Assembly (NCBI GenBank): GCA_026415235.1 | Contig: JAOAHM010000019.1 | Coordinates: 14,583 to 78,582, forward strand | Length of the DNA stretch: 64,000 nt | DNA from: Ignavibacteria bacterium | GTDB lineage: Bacteria > Bacteroidota > Ignavibacteria > Ch128b | Direction of reading: 5' to 3' | In this document: piece by piece, positions 1 to 10,786 of the stretch | How positions within the stretch are numbered: position 1 is the first letter of the stretch | How the letters are laid out: each line of letters opens with the position of its first letter | Program-made: the position numbers and the translations under genes | The notes under the pieces: model-generated | Seen by the model: only the letters and a program-made list of their open reading frames with translations | What the model was told of the DNA's origin: nothing | The model's database searches: none

Positions 1-1722
1 ACAAAACCACCAAAAATTTTGGGTGAGACCGTAATCACAACTAACTACGATTATTTCTCAAACTCAATTATTCGTGACCAAATCGTTTACGATAGAACCA
101 CTGAAACTCCACATCTTTTCAACATGGTTCGCCCATTTAACCCAGCTGCACCAACAATTCGTCATGTTGTCCACTCATTTAAAGTCAGTGGTGACTGGGT
201 AAGCCAATCTGTAAGCCAAGGATCAACTTCAAACAATGCTGGTGGTTGGCCATCAATCGATTTAGGACTAACGGGATTATCACTTAAGGGAACCGTTGCA
301 ATGGTATTCCACACCACAAATAGATTAGCAATTTGGAATGGTTCGACCGGTTATAACTATACATTGTTCCCTGGTGGTGATCCATTAGATCCTACACTTC
401 AAATTGTTGGTGATAAAATGTTTATGGCATCATCAGGAAATAGAACACAATATTACTTTTTTAGATCAGATGACTTAGGTCAAACCATTGTAAGATTTGA
501 CTCTATTAGTAGATGGTCTCCACAACCGATTTTCTATAAAGCAAATGGTGTTGTTGAAGTTAATGCTGCAAAATCTGCAAATGAAAGATTCTTTATGTAC
601 TTAGGTGCAAATGAAGGTGGTGTTGGTTCGACTCAAGGTCATATTTATGCAGGTTGGCCAAAAGATTCTGCAGATAATGTATGGATAATTTATTCTACAA
701 ACGGTGGAAATACTTTCCAAGGTCGTTCCATTGGTTGGGATGGAGAAATTAACGCAGTCCCCGGATACATCCAAGGTTATGCTCCATTATTTGAAAACTT
801 CGGTCAGATTGATGGTGCAATTGATAACAATGGTAAAATGCATGTTGTTGCAAATGGTTACGGTTTGAGATTAGAAATTATTAATGATACTGTTTATTCG
901 CGTGGAAGTCTATTCCCAGTACTTTATTGGAATTCACAATTAAATACCTGGAAAGCTTTAACATACATTCATCCAACTACTGGTGTTAGATTGGATACAA
1001 TTCAAGCAATTGGTTCATACTATCCAACAAATGCAATTGGTCAATCTTATCCAAGTGTATCAGTTAGCCCAGATGGTAAAGTAGTATTCTTGATGTGGAC
1101 AGGTCCACAATTAACTGCGACTGGTGGATTGGATACTGCAGCAAACGGTGCAGCAACACCAGTTATGTATTTCTGGAGAGATTTGTATTTCACCTATTCA
1201 GTCGATGGTGGTAACACATTCAAACCAGTTCAAAAATTCCCAGAATGCGAGAATGATAAGAGTGAAACTTACGGACATGCTGTTCAACATTTAGAAAAAT
1301 TGAACGATACTACTTACCGTGCTCACATTGTTTATCTTGCAGACTTAACAACTGGTGTTGGACCATTTGACAACGTTTTAACAGACAATCCTATCGTTTA
1401 CACTACTTATGATATTATTGCACCAGTTCAGACAAGCGTTGATGATCCAAATGTTGTAAATACCTTCTATCTCTCACAAAACTATCCGAACCCATTCAAC
1501 CCAACTACAAATATTAAGTTCTCTATTGCTCAAAAATCCCATGTTACTCTCAAAGTATTTGATGTGCTGGGTCGTGAGGTTGCAACATTAGTTAATGAAG
1601 TTAAAGATGCAGGACAATACACTGTAAAATTTGATGCTAAAGATTTACCAACTGGTGTATATTTATATACATTAAATGCAGGCGATTACTCAGTCACAAA
1701 GAAGATGATGCTTGTTAAGTAA
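1..1722 (+). CDS. T9SS type A sorting domain-containing secreted protein with BNR/Asp-box repeats (5' end runs off the window)
   Basis: Frame is open back to base 1. Asp-box motifs SDDLGQT, STNGGNTF, SVDGGNTF; C-terminal LSQNYPNPFNPTT...KKMMLVK Por-secretion tail. Confidence 0.85.
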   Translation, partial: TKPPKILGETVITTNYDYFSNSIIRDQIVYDRTTETPHLFNMVRPFNPAAPTIRHVVHSFKVSGDWVSQSVSQGSTSNNAGGWPSIDLGLTGLSLKGTVAMVFHTTNRLAIWNGSTGYNYTLFPGGDPLDPTLQIVGDKMFMASSGNRTQYYFFRSDDLGQTIVRFDSISRWSPQPIFYKANGVVEVNAAKSANERFFMYLGANEGGVGSTQGHIYAGWPKDSADNVWIIYSTNGGNTFQGRSIGWDGEINAVPGYIQGYAPLFENFGQIDGAIDNNGKMHVVANGYGLRLEIINDTVYSRGSLFPVLYWNSQLNTWKALTYIHPTTGVRLDTIQAIGSYYPTNAIGQSYPSVSVSPDGKVVFLMWTGPQLTATGGLDTAANGAATPVMYFWRDLYFTYSVDGGNTFKPVQKFPECENDKSETYGHAVQHLEKLNDTTYRAHIVYLADLTTGVGPFDNVLTDNPIVYTTYDIIAPVQTSVDDPNVVNTFYLSQNYPNPFNPTTNIKFSIAQKSHVTLKVFDVLGREVATLVNEVKDAGQYTVKFDAKDLPTGVYLYTLNAGDYSVTKKMMLVK

Positions 1723-1738
1723 TCTTTTGTTTGTCACA

Positions 1739-1763
1739 GGGGAGAGTGGTTTAAACTCTCCCC
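1739..1763 (+). terminator. Stem-loop (terminator or mRNA-stabilising hairpin)
   Basis: GGGGAGAGT-ggtttaa-ACTCTCCCC; weak U-tract. Confidence 0.55.
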
Positions 1764-1817
1764 ACTCTGTTTAAAATTTCGAAACTACAAAAGTTAAACA
1801 ATAGAGAGGGAGAAATA

Positions 1818-4790
1818 ATGAAAAAGTTTCTACTCGTCGTTTTGGCTTTTTCCCTTATGTTTGGGATTACTTATGCCCAGACATCAACGGGAAAGTTAGC
1901 AGGTAAAGTTACGGATGCGAGAACAGGTGACCCACTTCCAGGAGCTAATATATTAATCATGGGTACTGAGTTAGGTGCTGCTACAAACGCTCGTGGCGAA
2001 TATTTCATTATAAATATTGTTCCTGGAACTTATGATGTTCGTGTGAGCTTCGTTGGATATGCTACTCAAATAATTAAAGATGTTCGTATTGTAGCAGGTA
2101 TAACAAAAGAATTAAATGTTTCACTTGAAGAGGCAACTGCTGAATTAAAAGAAATTGTAGTTACTTCTCAAAGGACTTTCTTTGAGCAAAAAGCAACAAA
2201 CACTGTCAAAGTAATAGATAAAGAAGAAATTTCAAGAGTACCAGTGAGGGGTGTTCAAAAAATTGCAGCTCTTAATGCAGGTGTTGTTATGGAAGAAGGT
2301 TCAGGAGGAGTTGATGGTAACGCTACCATCAATGTCAAAGGTGGAAGAGGCAACGAAGTTTTATACATTATTGATGGTGTTGTTCAAAATGACCCATATT
2401 GGAATGCTGCCTTCACTCAAGTTTCAAACTCAGCAATCGAACAAATTTCTTTCCAAATTGGTGGATTTGATGCAAAGTATGGTCAAGCACAAAGTGGTAT
2501 AATTAATGTTACTACAAAGAGTGGCGGTCCTTTGTACTCCTTCTTTGGTGATGTAGTAACAAGCTCTTTTACTGATGATTATGGCTATAATCTTTATACA
2601 GTAAATCTTGGCGGTCCTTTTGTACCAAACTTCAGTAAACATACATTCTTCTTCTCAGCAGAAAGAGGATGGTTCCTTGATCAAGATCCAAGAGCTATTC
2701 CAATTACATTTAATTCACCAATTAGAACAGGCGGTGCTCTTTACATTGTGAATGTTGATGGTTCTGAAGTGAAATGGGAACCAGGAATGGAAATTCCCGC
2801 TGGTGCAAAGGTTAAAATGAAAGATGCAACATTTAGCTCGGGTCCTTTCACTTATAAATATAAACCACATAACACTCGTGGAACTTGGAGATTTACTGGA
2901 AAAACATATCATGACTTTGGTTTATTTACACTCAGATTCAGCGCAATAGTTAATACAATTAATCGTAGATTATTTGACTATAGCTATGTGAAAAACAATT
3001 CATTTATGAACCCTGTTTATGAACAACAGAATTATTCTTACTCCGCACGAATTAGCCAAAATATCAGTTCTAATTCCTTCTGGAATTTGAACTTTGGTTA
3101 TAAAATTTTCAAAGACAAACAAACTCACCCAATCTTTGGTGATGATTTAGAGAAATGGGGTGATACACTATATAATCCATATTATAAATTCTTAGGTTTC
3201 AGACAAGGTTTCGCTTTTGATACAGATTCTATTGGTATTTTTTATGATGAAGGTTCATTCGGTTATGCTTATAGTAAAAACGCAAACTATGCATACCAAA
3301 TTGATTTTGACTTTACATCACAAATTGGAAAACATTTGTTAGAATTCGGTGTGGGTGCTCAACTGCATGAATTACATAGATATTCAATTGGACCTTTAGC
3401 TATTGCTCGTAATATTCGTGCAACACCACAAGACCCATTAGTGAAAGACAAATTCACAAGATATAAGGAAAGAATTCCATTCTATTGGGGTTACAATATC
3501 TATGGTGATTCATTCACTGAAGGAGATAGCGTAATTCCACCAAAACGACCAATTATTGCTTATGCATATATTCAAGATAGATTTGAATTACCAGACCTTG
3601 TAATCAATTTCGGTTTGAGATTTGATTATCTAAATTCCAAGAGTGATGTAATTAAAGATCCAAACAGACCATTTAGATTTGGTAACCCTGACCTAATTGA
3701 CCCTGAAGACTTTGAACCGAAGAAACCTGAATTTTACATCAGTCCGAGATTAGGTATCGGTTTCCCAGTTACCACTACCACTGTTTTCCATGCACAATAT
3801 GGTAAATTTATTCAAGCCCCATCCTTAGCTGATATTTTCACTTGGCAAAGACATTTTGAAGTACTTAAGACAGATGGTAATAGATTAGCAAGAACTGGAC
3901 ATATTACAAGTGAAGTTACAACACAATATGAGTTAGGATTTAGACAAATATTTGGTGATAATGTTGCAGCTTTAGGTTTAACTGCTTTCTATAAGAACAC
4001 CAAAGGATTAATTAACTGGTCATCAACATTTTACTACAGACCAAGTGGTGAAATGGATAGTTACTTCGGACCAACAAATACCGATTTTGGTACAATCAAA
4101 GGATTAACATTAACAATTGACCTTGCAAGAATTCAATTCTTTGCATTATCGTTTAACTATACATATCAAATTGCAGAAGGTACTGGTTCATCAACTAGCT
4201 CTTCTTATGTAGCAACATTCAGAAACCCAGATAGAGAAATTCCAAAAGTTATTGCACCGTTAGATTTCGACCAAAGACATACTGGTACAATCATTTTTGA
4301 TATGTTTATTCCTGAAGGTAAGTTAGGAATTTTTGAAAGAACTGGATTAAATGTTGTTGCAGAATTTGCTAGTGGAAGACCATACACACCACTTGAAATG
4401 CAAGATATTTCTCCAGCAGGTGGTGGTGAAACAAACTATGGCGATACAAAAGGATATGTTAATAGTAGATTTGGCCCAGGTAGATTCCGAGTTGATATGA
4501 AGCTTGAAAAGACATTCAAAGCATTTGGAAATATGTTAATTACACCATACCTCTGGATTGATAATGTATTTGATGCTGATAATATCGTTGAAGTTTATCG
4601 ATCAACTGGTAGTCCATGGACAACTGGGTATTTGAAAACTGCAAAGGGCCAGGCTGTACTGAGTGGTCATAAATATCCACAATATTATCAAGCTGATTAC
4701 GAAACTCTTGAGAAGAATCCTAATAACTTTGGTATTCCTCGACAAATTAAGCTTGGTCTAAAAGTTAACTTCTCAGGAATTAAATTTTAA
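1818..4790 (+). CDS. TonB-dependent receptor with N-terminal carboxypeptidase-regulatory-like domain
   Basis: Signal peptide; GKLAGKVTD..PLPGANI domain; plug motifs (KGGRGNEVLYIIDG, GGFDAKYG..SGIINVTTK); barrel strands; C-terminal Phe; SD gaggga. Confidence 0.9.
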   Translation: MKKFLLVVLAFSLMFGITYAQTSTGKLAGKVTDARTGDPLPGANILIMGTELGAATNARGEYFIINIVPGTYDVRVSFVGYATQIIKDVRIVAGITKELNVSLEEATAELKEIVVTSQRTFFEQKATNTVKVIDKEEISRVPVRGVQKIAALNAGVVMEEGSGGVDGNATINVKGGRGNEVLYIIDGVVQNDPYWNAAFTQVSNSAIEQISFQIGGFDAKYGQAQSGIINVTTKSGGPLYSFFGDVVTSSFTDDYGYNLYTVNLGGPFVPNFSKHTFFFSAERGWFLDQDPRAIPITFNSPIRTGGALYIVNVDGSEVKWEPGMEIPAGAKVKMKDATFSSGPFTYKYKPHNTRGTWRFTGKTYHDFGLFTLRFSAIVNTINRRLFDYSYVKNNSFMNPVYEQQNYSYSARISQNISSNSFWNLNFGYKIFKDKQTHPIFGDDLEKWGDTLYNPYYKFLGFRQGFAFDTDSIGIFYDEGSFGYAYSKNANYAYQIDFDFTSQIGKHLLEFGVGAQLHELHRYSIGPLAIARNIRATPQDPLVKDKFTRYKERIPFYWGYNIYGDSFTEGDSVIPPKRPIIAYAYIQDRFELPDLVINFGLRFDYLNSKSDVIKDPNRPFRFGNPDLIDPEDFEPKKPEFYISPRLGIGFPVTTTTVFHAQYGKFIQAPSLADIFTWQRHFEVLKTDGNRLARTGHITSEVTTQYELGFRQIFGDNVAALGLTAFYKNTKGLINWSSTFYYRPSGEMDSYFGPTNTDFGTIKGLTLTIDLARIQFFALSFNYTYQIAEGTGSSTSSSYVATFRNPDREIPKVIAPLDFDQRHTGTIIFDMFIPEGKLGIFERTGLNVVAEFASGRPYTPLEMQDISPAGGGETNYGDTKGYVNSRFGPGRFRVDMKLEKTFKAFGNMLITPYLWIDNVFDADNIVEVYRSTGSPWTTGYLKTAKGQAVLSGHKYPQYYQADYETLEKNPNNFGIPRQIKLGLKVNFSGIKF

Positions 4791-4810
4791 TTAAAGGAAG
4801 GAAGAGAGAT

Positions 4811-7800
4811 ATGAACAGAGAAAAAAGAATTAAATATCTAATCTTTACCTGGCTTATTCTTCTTTCGATCGGAAGTATGGTAGGTTTCTACTCAGTAGAA
4901 AAGGGAAAAGATGGACAAGGTTCAAGCCAGAGACTTGATAAGACTACAAGAGCTTATTATATGAAAATTAATAACATTGAGCTACCATTGAACAACGCAG
5001 GTGTTATTGCTGATGTAACCATACCCCCTTATACTTCCGAAGGTAAGTTTGATGGGCTACCGTTTTTGTTCTCTTCAGGTTTTGCAATGTCTGGATATGT
5101 TGACTTAGGACAACCTACTGAATTTTTGTGGGCAAACGCTGTTGCAACTGCATCGAGAATTAGGGATTATCAAGCTGGTCCTGTGAAGGCAGATGGAACG
5201 CCTTCAGATCCAAATGACCCAAAACATGTATTATATATTGTAAGGTCGGATGAAGAACCCTTTGGTCCATCTTGGCAAGAATGGAAAGATGCTGTAGCTT
5301 TGGGTGCAGAATTTTATGATGGTGATAAAAATGGAAAATATGAGCCCGTTGATAAAAATGGCAATGGTATGTGGGATCCTGATGAAGACCGTCCTGATTT
5401 ACTTGGTGATGAAACTGTTTGGTGTGTAATTAACGATGGTGTTCCCGCTAAGGACCGTAGATATACAGATGTTAATCCATTAGGAATAGAGATTCATCAA
5501 ACAGTTTTTGGATTTGCTTCATCTGGTTTGTTAGGTAATATTTTATTTGTTCGATACAAGGTAATCAATAAGAATGCACAAGGAAAAGTTTTAGATAGTG
5601 TTTATTTCAGTGTTTGGGCTGACCCTGATATTGGAGATTATACAGATGACTTAGTTGGTTGCGATGTTCCAGCATCTGCTTCAGGTTATCCAAAAACTCC
5701 ACCTGAAGGTAGAAATGCAGGATATGTTTATAATGAAGGTTCAGATCCAACTTATGGTCCAAATCCACCAACTTTCTTAATTGATTTCTTCCAAGGTCCA
5801 TTTGTTCAAACTGGTAATAACGCAGATACTGCGTTTAACATTAAAGGACCATACTTAGGAATAGATACATTAGTTGGATACAAACAACTTGGTATTAGTT
5901 CTTTCTTACAATATTTCCAATCAACACCGCCAGATCAAGCTGATCCTGCAAATAGATTTGAGTTAAGATATTATACCTTAGGATATAATAGACAGGGTAG
6001 ACCACTTAATCCATGTACTTGGGGATTTGGTAGTGTAGTTGGTGGTGTAAATTGTAATAATGTTGATCCAAGATTTTTCTACTCTGGAGATCCTCATAGA
6101 AATATTGGATGGATTCAAACCACTGCTGCTGATGAAAGAATGATGGTTAATACAGGAAAATTTAGATTAAGACCCTATTTAGATACAGTAATTATTACTG
6201 CTGCTTATGTAGTTGGAAGAAGTACAAGTGCAACTGCAAGTATTGAAGAAGCTAAAAGAATTTCTGATTTCGCACAATTTATTTATGACCAAAACTTTAA
6301 ATCACCACCTGCTCCTCCAGTACCAAAAGTTACAGCTATCACAACTGAAAATTCAATTGAATTAGTATGGAAAACATCTGAAGCAGTTGGATTTAGAGAT
6401 AAGACTGTAGCATATGATATGAGATTTGAAGGATTTGAGCTATGGACATTCAGAACAAATTCAGTTGGTGATGTATTTGGTGGTGTTCAAAATGCGAAGA
6501 TTCTTGAGCGATGGGATGTTAAGAATAAAATTGACGATGTTTTACAACAAGACTCAAAAACTGGAATTATTAGTACAATTCATAAAAAAGGAATTCAATT
6601 AGATACCAACATTTATTTAGATCCTGTAAGAGGTTACATACGATACAAGATTACAACTGACCCATGGACTGGTGGTCCAATTGTAAAAGGTAAGAAATAT
6701 TACTTTGCTCTTGTGACCTATGCATTGAACCATGATGTTTTAATTCCAGTAAATCCAGGTGCACCAACAAGTAATTACTACATTAGTGGAGCTGCATTCG
6801 TTGGAAATACCGTTTCTGTTAAGAAAATAATTAATGATGGTATTATTCCAGGTCAAGATTTGAATGATCCATACAACTTTAATCTGCCAACAACTGTAGC
6901 TGGTGCAACTGAAGCTACTGCATTTTTTGATGAAGTAGAAAAATCAAAACTTACTGGCGATAACTATGAAATAACATTTAGTAGAGACCCATCCTCTACT
7001 TTGTATTTCATGACTTGGTCTTTGAAAAACTTAACTAAGAATCAAACATTGATTTCAAATTCACGTGTATATTATAACTTGTTGCCAGATGATCAAAAAT
7101 CAACTACGCCAATTGTTGATGGTGTTTCAATTAGAATCAATTGGGTACCTGCCGAGATAAAGTCTCCAATTAGATCGTTGAAAAATAACTGGTTAAGAAA
7201 TTTTGTAAAGAACAGTACTGGTGTATTCTATCTTGCAAATGATATAACTTCAGATACAATTTATGGTTTAACTCCAATAACTGTAAGCAACAGGTTAGCT
7301 GTGGATAGGCATGGTAATTTCAGCGCTGATAAATTAGGTCAGATTGAAATCAGATTTAGCTCACAAAGTAACTTTGGCAAAGCATATAGATTTGTTTCCA
7401 ATACAACTGCAAATGTGTATAGATCAGGATATTTATCTACCAGTCCAAATAAACGCTGGTGGATTGATGTTCCTTTCCAAGTATGGATGGTTGATCAACG
7501 AAAAGGTATAAACAGACAACTAGCCTGTGGTATTATGGAATATGTTCCAAGCGGTGGTAAACCAGATGGTGTATGGGATCCTGACACAAATATTGCGGCA
7601 ACCAAAGAATATATCATAATCTTTGACCAAGATTATGATCCAAATATGAGACAGAGAGAATATATTGGTGATACAACTTCAACAAGCACAGCTCGTGCTG
7701 CAAGTTTGATGGGATGGAATCCTGCTGCTGATTTCAACTTTAGTGCTGAACAATTAAATCGCGCAAGAGCAAGGTGGCTCGGAGCTATTTATCTTGTTGC

Positions 7801-8287
7801 ATTAGAAAAGAGAACCTCAGCTGATACTTGGTCTGATGGAGATAAAATTGTAATACCGATAAGCTATCCAATTACACCTGCTGATAAATTTACATTCAAA
7901 ACAACACCAGCTGGAACACCTGTATCAATGGAATACAAGAAATCGTTATTTGATAGAGTGAATGTCTATCCTAATCCATTGTATGCTTATAATCCTGCAG
8001 TAGGTTATTATGGTGATGTTTCTAATCCAAAGAACGATGAGCCATTTGTAACATTTACGAATTTGCCTGAGGAAGTGACGATTAAGATTTATACATTGTC
8101 TGGACAATTATTACAAGTTCTTTATAAGAACGATAAGAAGACAACTTTGAATTGGAATTTGAAGAATAAAGATGGATTAAGAGCTGCATCAGGTGTATAT
8201 CTTGCAGTTGTATCGTCACCTGGATTAGGAGAGAAAGTTTTGAAGTTCTCCATCATTCAACCTCAAAAGCAAATTAAACGATTCTAA
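4811..8287 (+). CDS. Large secreted protein with FlgD-Ig/T9SS-like C-terminal domain
   Basis: N-terminal hydrophobic signal; DxDxNG Ca-binding-like loops (DGDKNG, DKNGNG); C-terminal VNVYPNP..FTNLP..IKIYTLSG..WNLKNKDG..ASGVY. Confidence 0.75.
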   Translation: MNREKRIKYLIFTWLILLSIGSMVGFYSVEKGKDGQGSSQRLDKTTRAYYMKINNIELPLNNAGVIADVTIPPYTSEGKFDGLPFLFSSGFAMSGYVDLGQPTEFLWANAVATASRIRDYQAGPVKADGTPSDPNDPKHVLYIVRSDEEPFGPSWQEWKDAVALGAEFYDGDKNGKYEPVDKNGNGMWDPDEDRPDLLGDETVWCVINDGVPAKDRRYTDVNPLGIEIHQTVFGFASSGLLGNILFVRYKVINKNAQGKVLDSVYFSVWADPDIGDYTDDLVGCDVPASASGYPKTPPEGRNAGYVYNEGSDPTYGPNPPTFLIDFFQGPFVQTGNNADTAFNIKGPYLGIDTLVGYKQLGISSFLQYFQSTPPDQADPANRFELRYYTLGYNRQGRPLNPCTWGFGSVVGGVNCNNVDPRFFYSGDPHRNIGWIQTTAADERMMVNTGKFRLRPYLDTVIITAAYVVGRSTSATASIEEAKRISDFAQFIYDQNFKSPPAPPVPKVTAITTENSIELVWKTSEAVGFRDKTVAYDMRFEGFELWTFRTNSVGDVFGGVQNAKILERWDVKNKIDDVLQQDSKTGIISTIHKKGIQLDTNIYLDPVRGYIRYKITTDPWTGGPIVKGKKYYFALVTYALNHDVLIPVNPGAPTSNYYISGAAFVGNTVSVKKIINDGIIPGQDLNDPYNFNLPTTVAGATEATAFFDEVEKSKLTGDNYEITFSRDPSSTLYFMTWSLKNLTKNQTLISNSRVYYNLLPDDQKSTTPIVDGVSIRINWVPAEIKSPIRSLKNNWLRNFVKNSTGVFYLANDITSDTIYGLTPITVSNRLAVDRHGNFSADKLGQIEIRFSSQSNFGKAYRFVSNTTANVYRSGYLSTSPNKRWWIDVPFQVWMVDQRKGINRQLACGIMEYVPSGGKPDGVWDPDTNIAATKEYIIIFDQDYDPNMRQREYIGDTTSTSTARAASLMGWNPAADFNFSAEQLNRARARWLGAIYLVALEKRTSADTWSDGDKIVIPISYPITPADKFTFKTTPAGTPVSMEYKKSLFDRVNVYPNPLYAYNPAVGYYGDVSNPKNDEPFVTFTNLPEEVTIKIYTLSGQLLQVLYKNDKKTTLNWNLKNKDGLRAASGVYLAVVSSPGLGEKVLKFSIIQPQKQIKRF

Positions 8288-8307
8288 CAAGAATGAGGGA
8301 AAAAGTC

Positions 8308-9333
8308 ATGAAAAAGATAAGTTTTTTAATCTTGATTTTGTTAATTAGTTCAAATTTAACCTTTGCGGGAGATGTCTCCCGTAAAGGTACAAATGGAGCT
8401 GAACAATTGCTTGTGCCTGTAGGAGCTAAGAGTATTGCTACTGGTGGAGCATTTTTAGGTGATGTTAAAGGTGTTGAAGCAATTTATTATAATCCAGCTG
8501 GATTGGATTTGGCAGGTCGTTCAGAAGCAATGTTCAGTTATATGAACTATTTAGCTGATATTAAGGTATCTTATTTCGCATTGAGCGCTAATTTAGGTGA
8601 TTATGGTACATTTGGACTAAGCTTAAAATCATTTAACCTTGGTGATATTCCTATTACAACATTTGAACAACCAGATGGAACTGGCGCGACTTATTCTCCA
8701 ACTTTAATTACAGGTGGTTTAACCTATTCAAAGCAGATTACAGATAGAGTTTCTGCTGGTGCAACTGTCAAAGTTATTTATGAAGCAATTACGAATGTTT
8801 CGGCAACTGGTGCTGCATTGGATTTTGGTGTCCAATATCAATTCCCGAATAATATGAGATTAGGCGTTGCTGTTACAAACATTGGTACTAATATGAGATA
8901 TAGTGGACCAGATATGCAGCAAAAAATGGAAATTCCTGGTAACCCTCCAGGATTTGGATTCGGTGTATTTGAACCATCGACAGAAGAATTCCAAATTCCA
9001 AGTTATTTTGAATTAAGTACATCTTATAAATATGATTTCAACCAGCAGAACTATTTAATGTTTGCTGGAAAATTTACAAACAACAACTTCTTTGAAGATG
9101 TCTTGTCGTTTGGCTTGGAATACGGATTCTTGAATACATTCTTCTTGAGAGGTGGTTATAACTATCTTGTTGGAAGTAAACCAGAAGATAATTTATATGG
9201 TTTGACCTTAGGTGCTGGTGTGAGTTATAGTTTTGAAGGTTCAGTTTTCTTTGATTTTGATTATGCTTATCGTGCAGTTAGAGACTTTCCAACTGGTGCA
9301 CAACATATATTCACAGTGAAATTAGGTTTGTAA
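8308..9333 (+). CDS. PorV/PorQ (UPF0164, FadL-like barrel) family protein
   Basis: Signal peptide; GAKSIATGGAF and AIYYNPAGL motifs; barrel strands. ATG 8308 follows SD gaggga. Confidence 0.85.
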   Translation: MKKISFLILILLISSNLTFAGDVSRKGTNGAEQLLVPVGAKSIATGGAFLGDVKGVEAIYYNPAGLDLAGRSEAMFSYMNYLADIKVSYFALSANLGDYGTFGLSLKSFNLGDIPITTFEQPDGTGATYSPTLITGGLTYSKQITDRVSAGATVKVIYEAITNVSATGAALDFGVQYQFPNNMRLGVAVTNIGTNMRYSGPDMQQKMEIPGNPPGFGFGVFEPSTEEFQIPSYFELSTSYKYDFNQQNYLMFAGKFTNNNFFEDVLSFGLEYGFLNTFFLRGGYNYLVGSKPEDNLYGLTLGAGVSYSFEGSVFFDFDYAYRAVRDFPTGAQHIFTVKLGL

Positions 9334-9357
9334 TCATTAACCAACAAGCTTGAAAGG

Positions 9358-9395
9358 AAGGCTACCAGAAGTTTGTTTATACTTTTGGTAGCCTT
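9358..9395 (+). terminator. Rho-independent terminator
   Basis: AAGGCTACCAGAAGT-N8-ACTTTTGGTAGCCTT followed by tatttttt. Confidence 0.75.
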
Positions 9396-9409
9396 TATTT
9401 TTGAATATT

Positions 9410-10777
9410 ATGAAAGGAAAAAATTTTTTAATCTTCGTATTAATTTTAATCTCAAATGCATTCGCTCAAAGATTGAGCGAAAATACTGTTTACATTGATT
9501 ACTCAAGATTCAGATACAATTCTGATAGTGTTTATCTGGAAATTTATTATGGTATCTCTAATCGGGCTTTAACTTTTAAGAATAATTCAAATGAAGCTGA
9601 ACTAAAAGTTTTTATACGAGATACCATTAATAATAATATTGTTGGATATCGGAATTTTAGAATTGTTAGTGAACAAAATGTTCAAAACGAAAATGAAAAA
9701 TATTTGACTGGAATAATCGGTTTTAAGTTAAACAAAGGAAATTATTTAATTGATTTTACAGTAATTGATTATTTTGATACTCTCAATATTTACAAAGTTA
9801 CATTTCCTATTAAAATTCAAAGTATAAGCACAAAAAATTTTGCAATTAGTGATATACAACTTTGCAGTAATATAATTGAAAACTCAGATAACCAAGAGTC
9901 ATATTTTTATAAGAATACTTATGAAACATATCCAAATCCAAGTAATGTTTATGGGGAACAATTGCCAATGGTGTTTTATTACATAGAATTATATGATTTA
10001 CAAAAATCAGGCAGTGAAAATAGTCTCAAATACATTGCTAAGGTAATTGATGCACAAGGTAGAGAAAAATATTCAAAAGAAAAGCTAATTCAACGTAGAT
10101 ATAATTCAATAGTTGAAGTTGGCGCAATTAATATTACGAAATTTTCAAGTGGTACATATACTTTAGCAATCTATCTTTTGGATTCATTAAATAATTTTGG
10201 CTTAGTTTCATCGAAAAAATTTTTTGTATTTAATCCTCACATTACTGAAGAATTACAAACCAGAAGAAGTGACGCAGATTTGCTCTCTTCTGAATTTAAT
10301 GTTATGAGTGAAGAAGAATTAAATTTAGCATTTGAGCAATCGCGTTATATAGCATCAACCGATGAAATAAAAAGATGGAATTTGTTGAGTGATATTGAAT
10401 CTAAGAGAGTATTTCTATTTAATTTTTGGAAACAACGAGACCCAAATCCGAACACTCCTGAAAACGAGAGAAAAATTGAATACTTTGATCGAGTTAGAAG
10501 AGCCGATGAAATGTTTAGAAGTGCTCGTGAAAAAGGATGGAGAAGTGATAGAGGTAGAGTATATATTGTTTATGGAGAACCATCTGAAATTGATCGATAT
10601 CCAAACGAAATGGATGCATTCCCTTACGAAATATGGTCTTATAATAACATTGAAGGTGGTGTGATTTTTGTTTTTGGAGATATAACTGGAACTGGGCAAA
10701 TGATTTTAATTCATTCGACACATCGTGGTGAGATGCACGATGAGAATTGGTTCCGTCGTGTTCAAAAAAGTCGTTAA
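9410..10777 (+). CDS. GWxTD domain-containing protein
   Basis: Signal peptide; FWKQRDP.P.TPENE and GWRSDRGRVYIVYGEP..YEIWSY motifs. Confidence 0.88.
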   Translation: MKGKNFLIFVLILISNAFAQRLSENTVYIDYSRFRYNSDSVYLEIYYGISNRALTFKNNSNEAELKVFIRDTINNNIVGYRNFRIVSEQNVQNENEKYLTGIIGFKLNKGNYLIDFTVIDYFDTLNIYKVTFPIKIQSISTKNFAISDIQLCSNIIENSDNQESYFYKNTYETYPNPSNVYGEQLPMVFYYIELYDLQKSGSENSLKYIAKVIDAQGREKYSKEKLIQRRYNSIVEVGAINITKFSSGTYTLAIYLLDSLNNFGLVSSKKFFVFNPHITEELQTRRSDADLLSSEFNVMSEEELNLAFEQSRYIASTDEIKRWNLLSDIESKRVFLFNFWKQRDPNPNTPENERKIEYFDRVRRADEMFRSAREKGWRSDRGRVYIVYGEPSEIDRYPNEMDAFPYEIWSYNNIEGGVIFVFGDITGTGQMILIHSTHRGEMHDENWFRRVQKSR

Positions 10778-10786
10778 TTCTAAATA

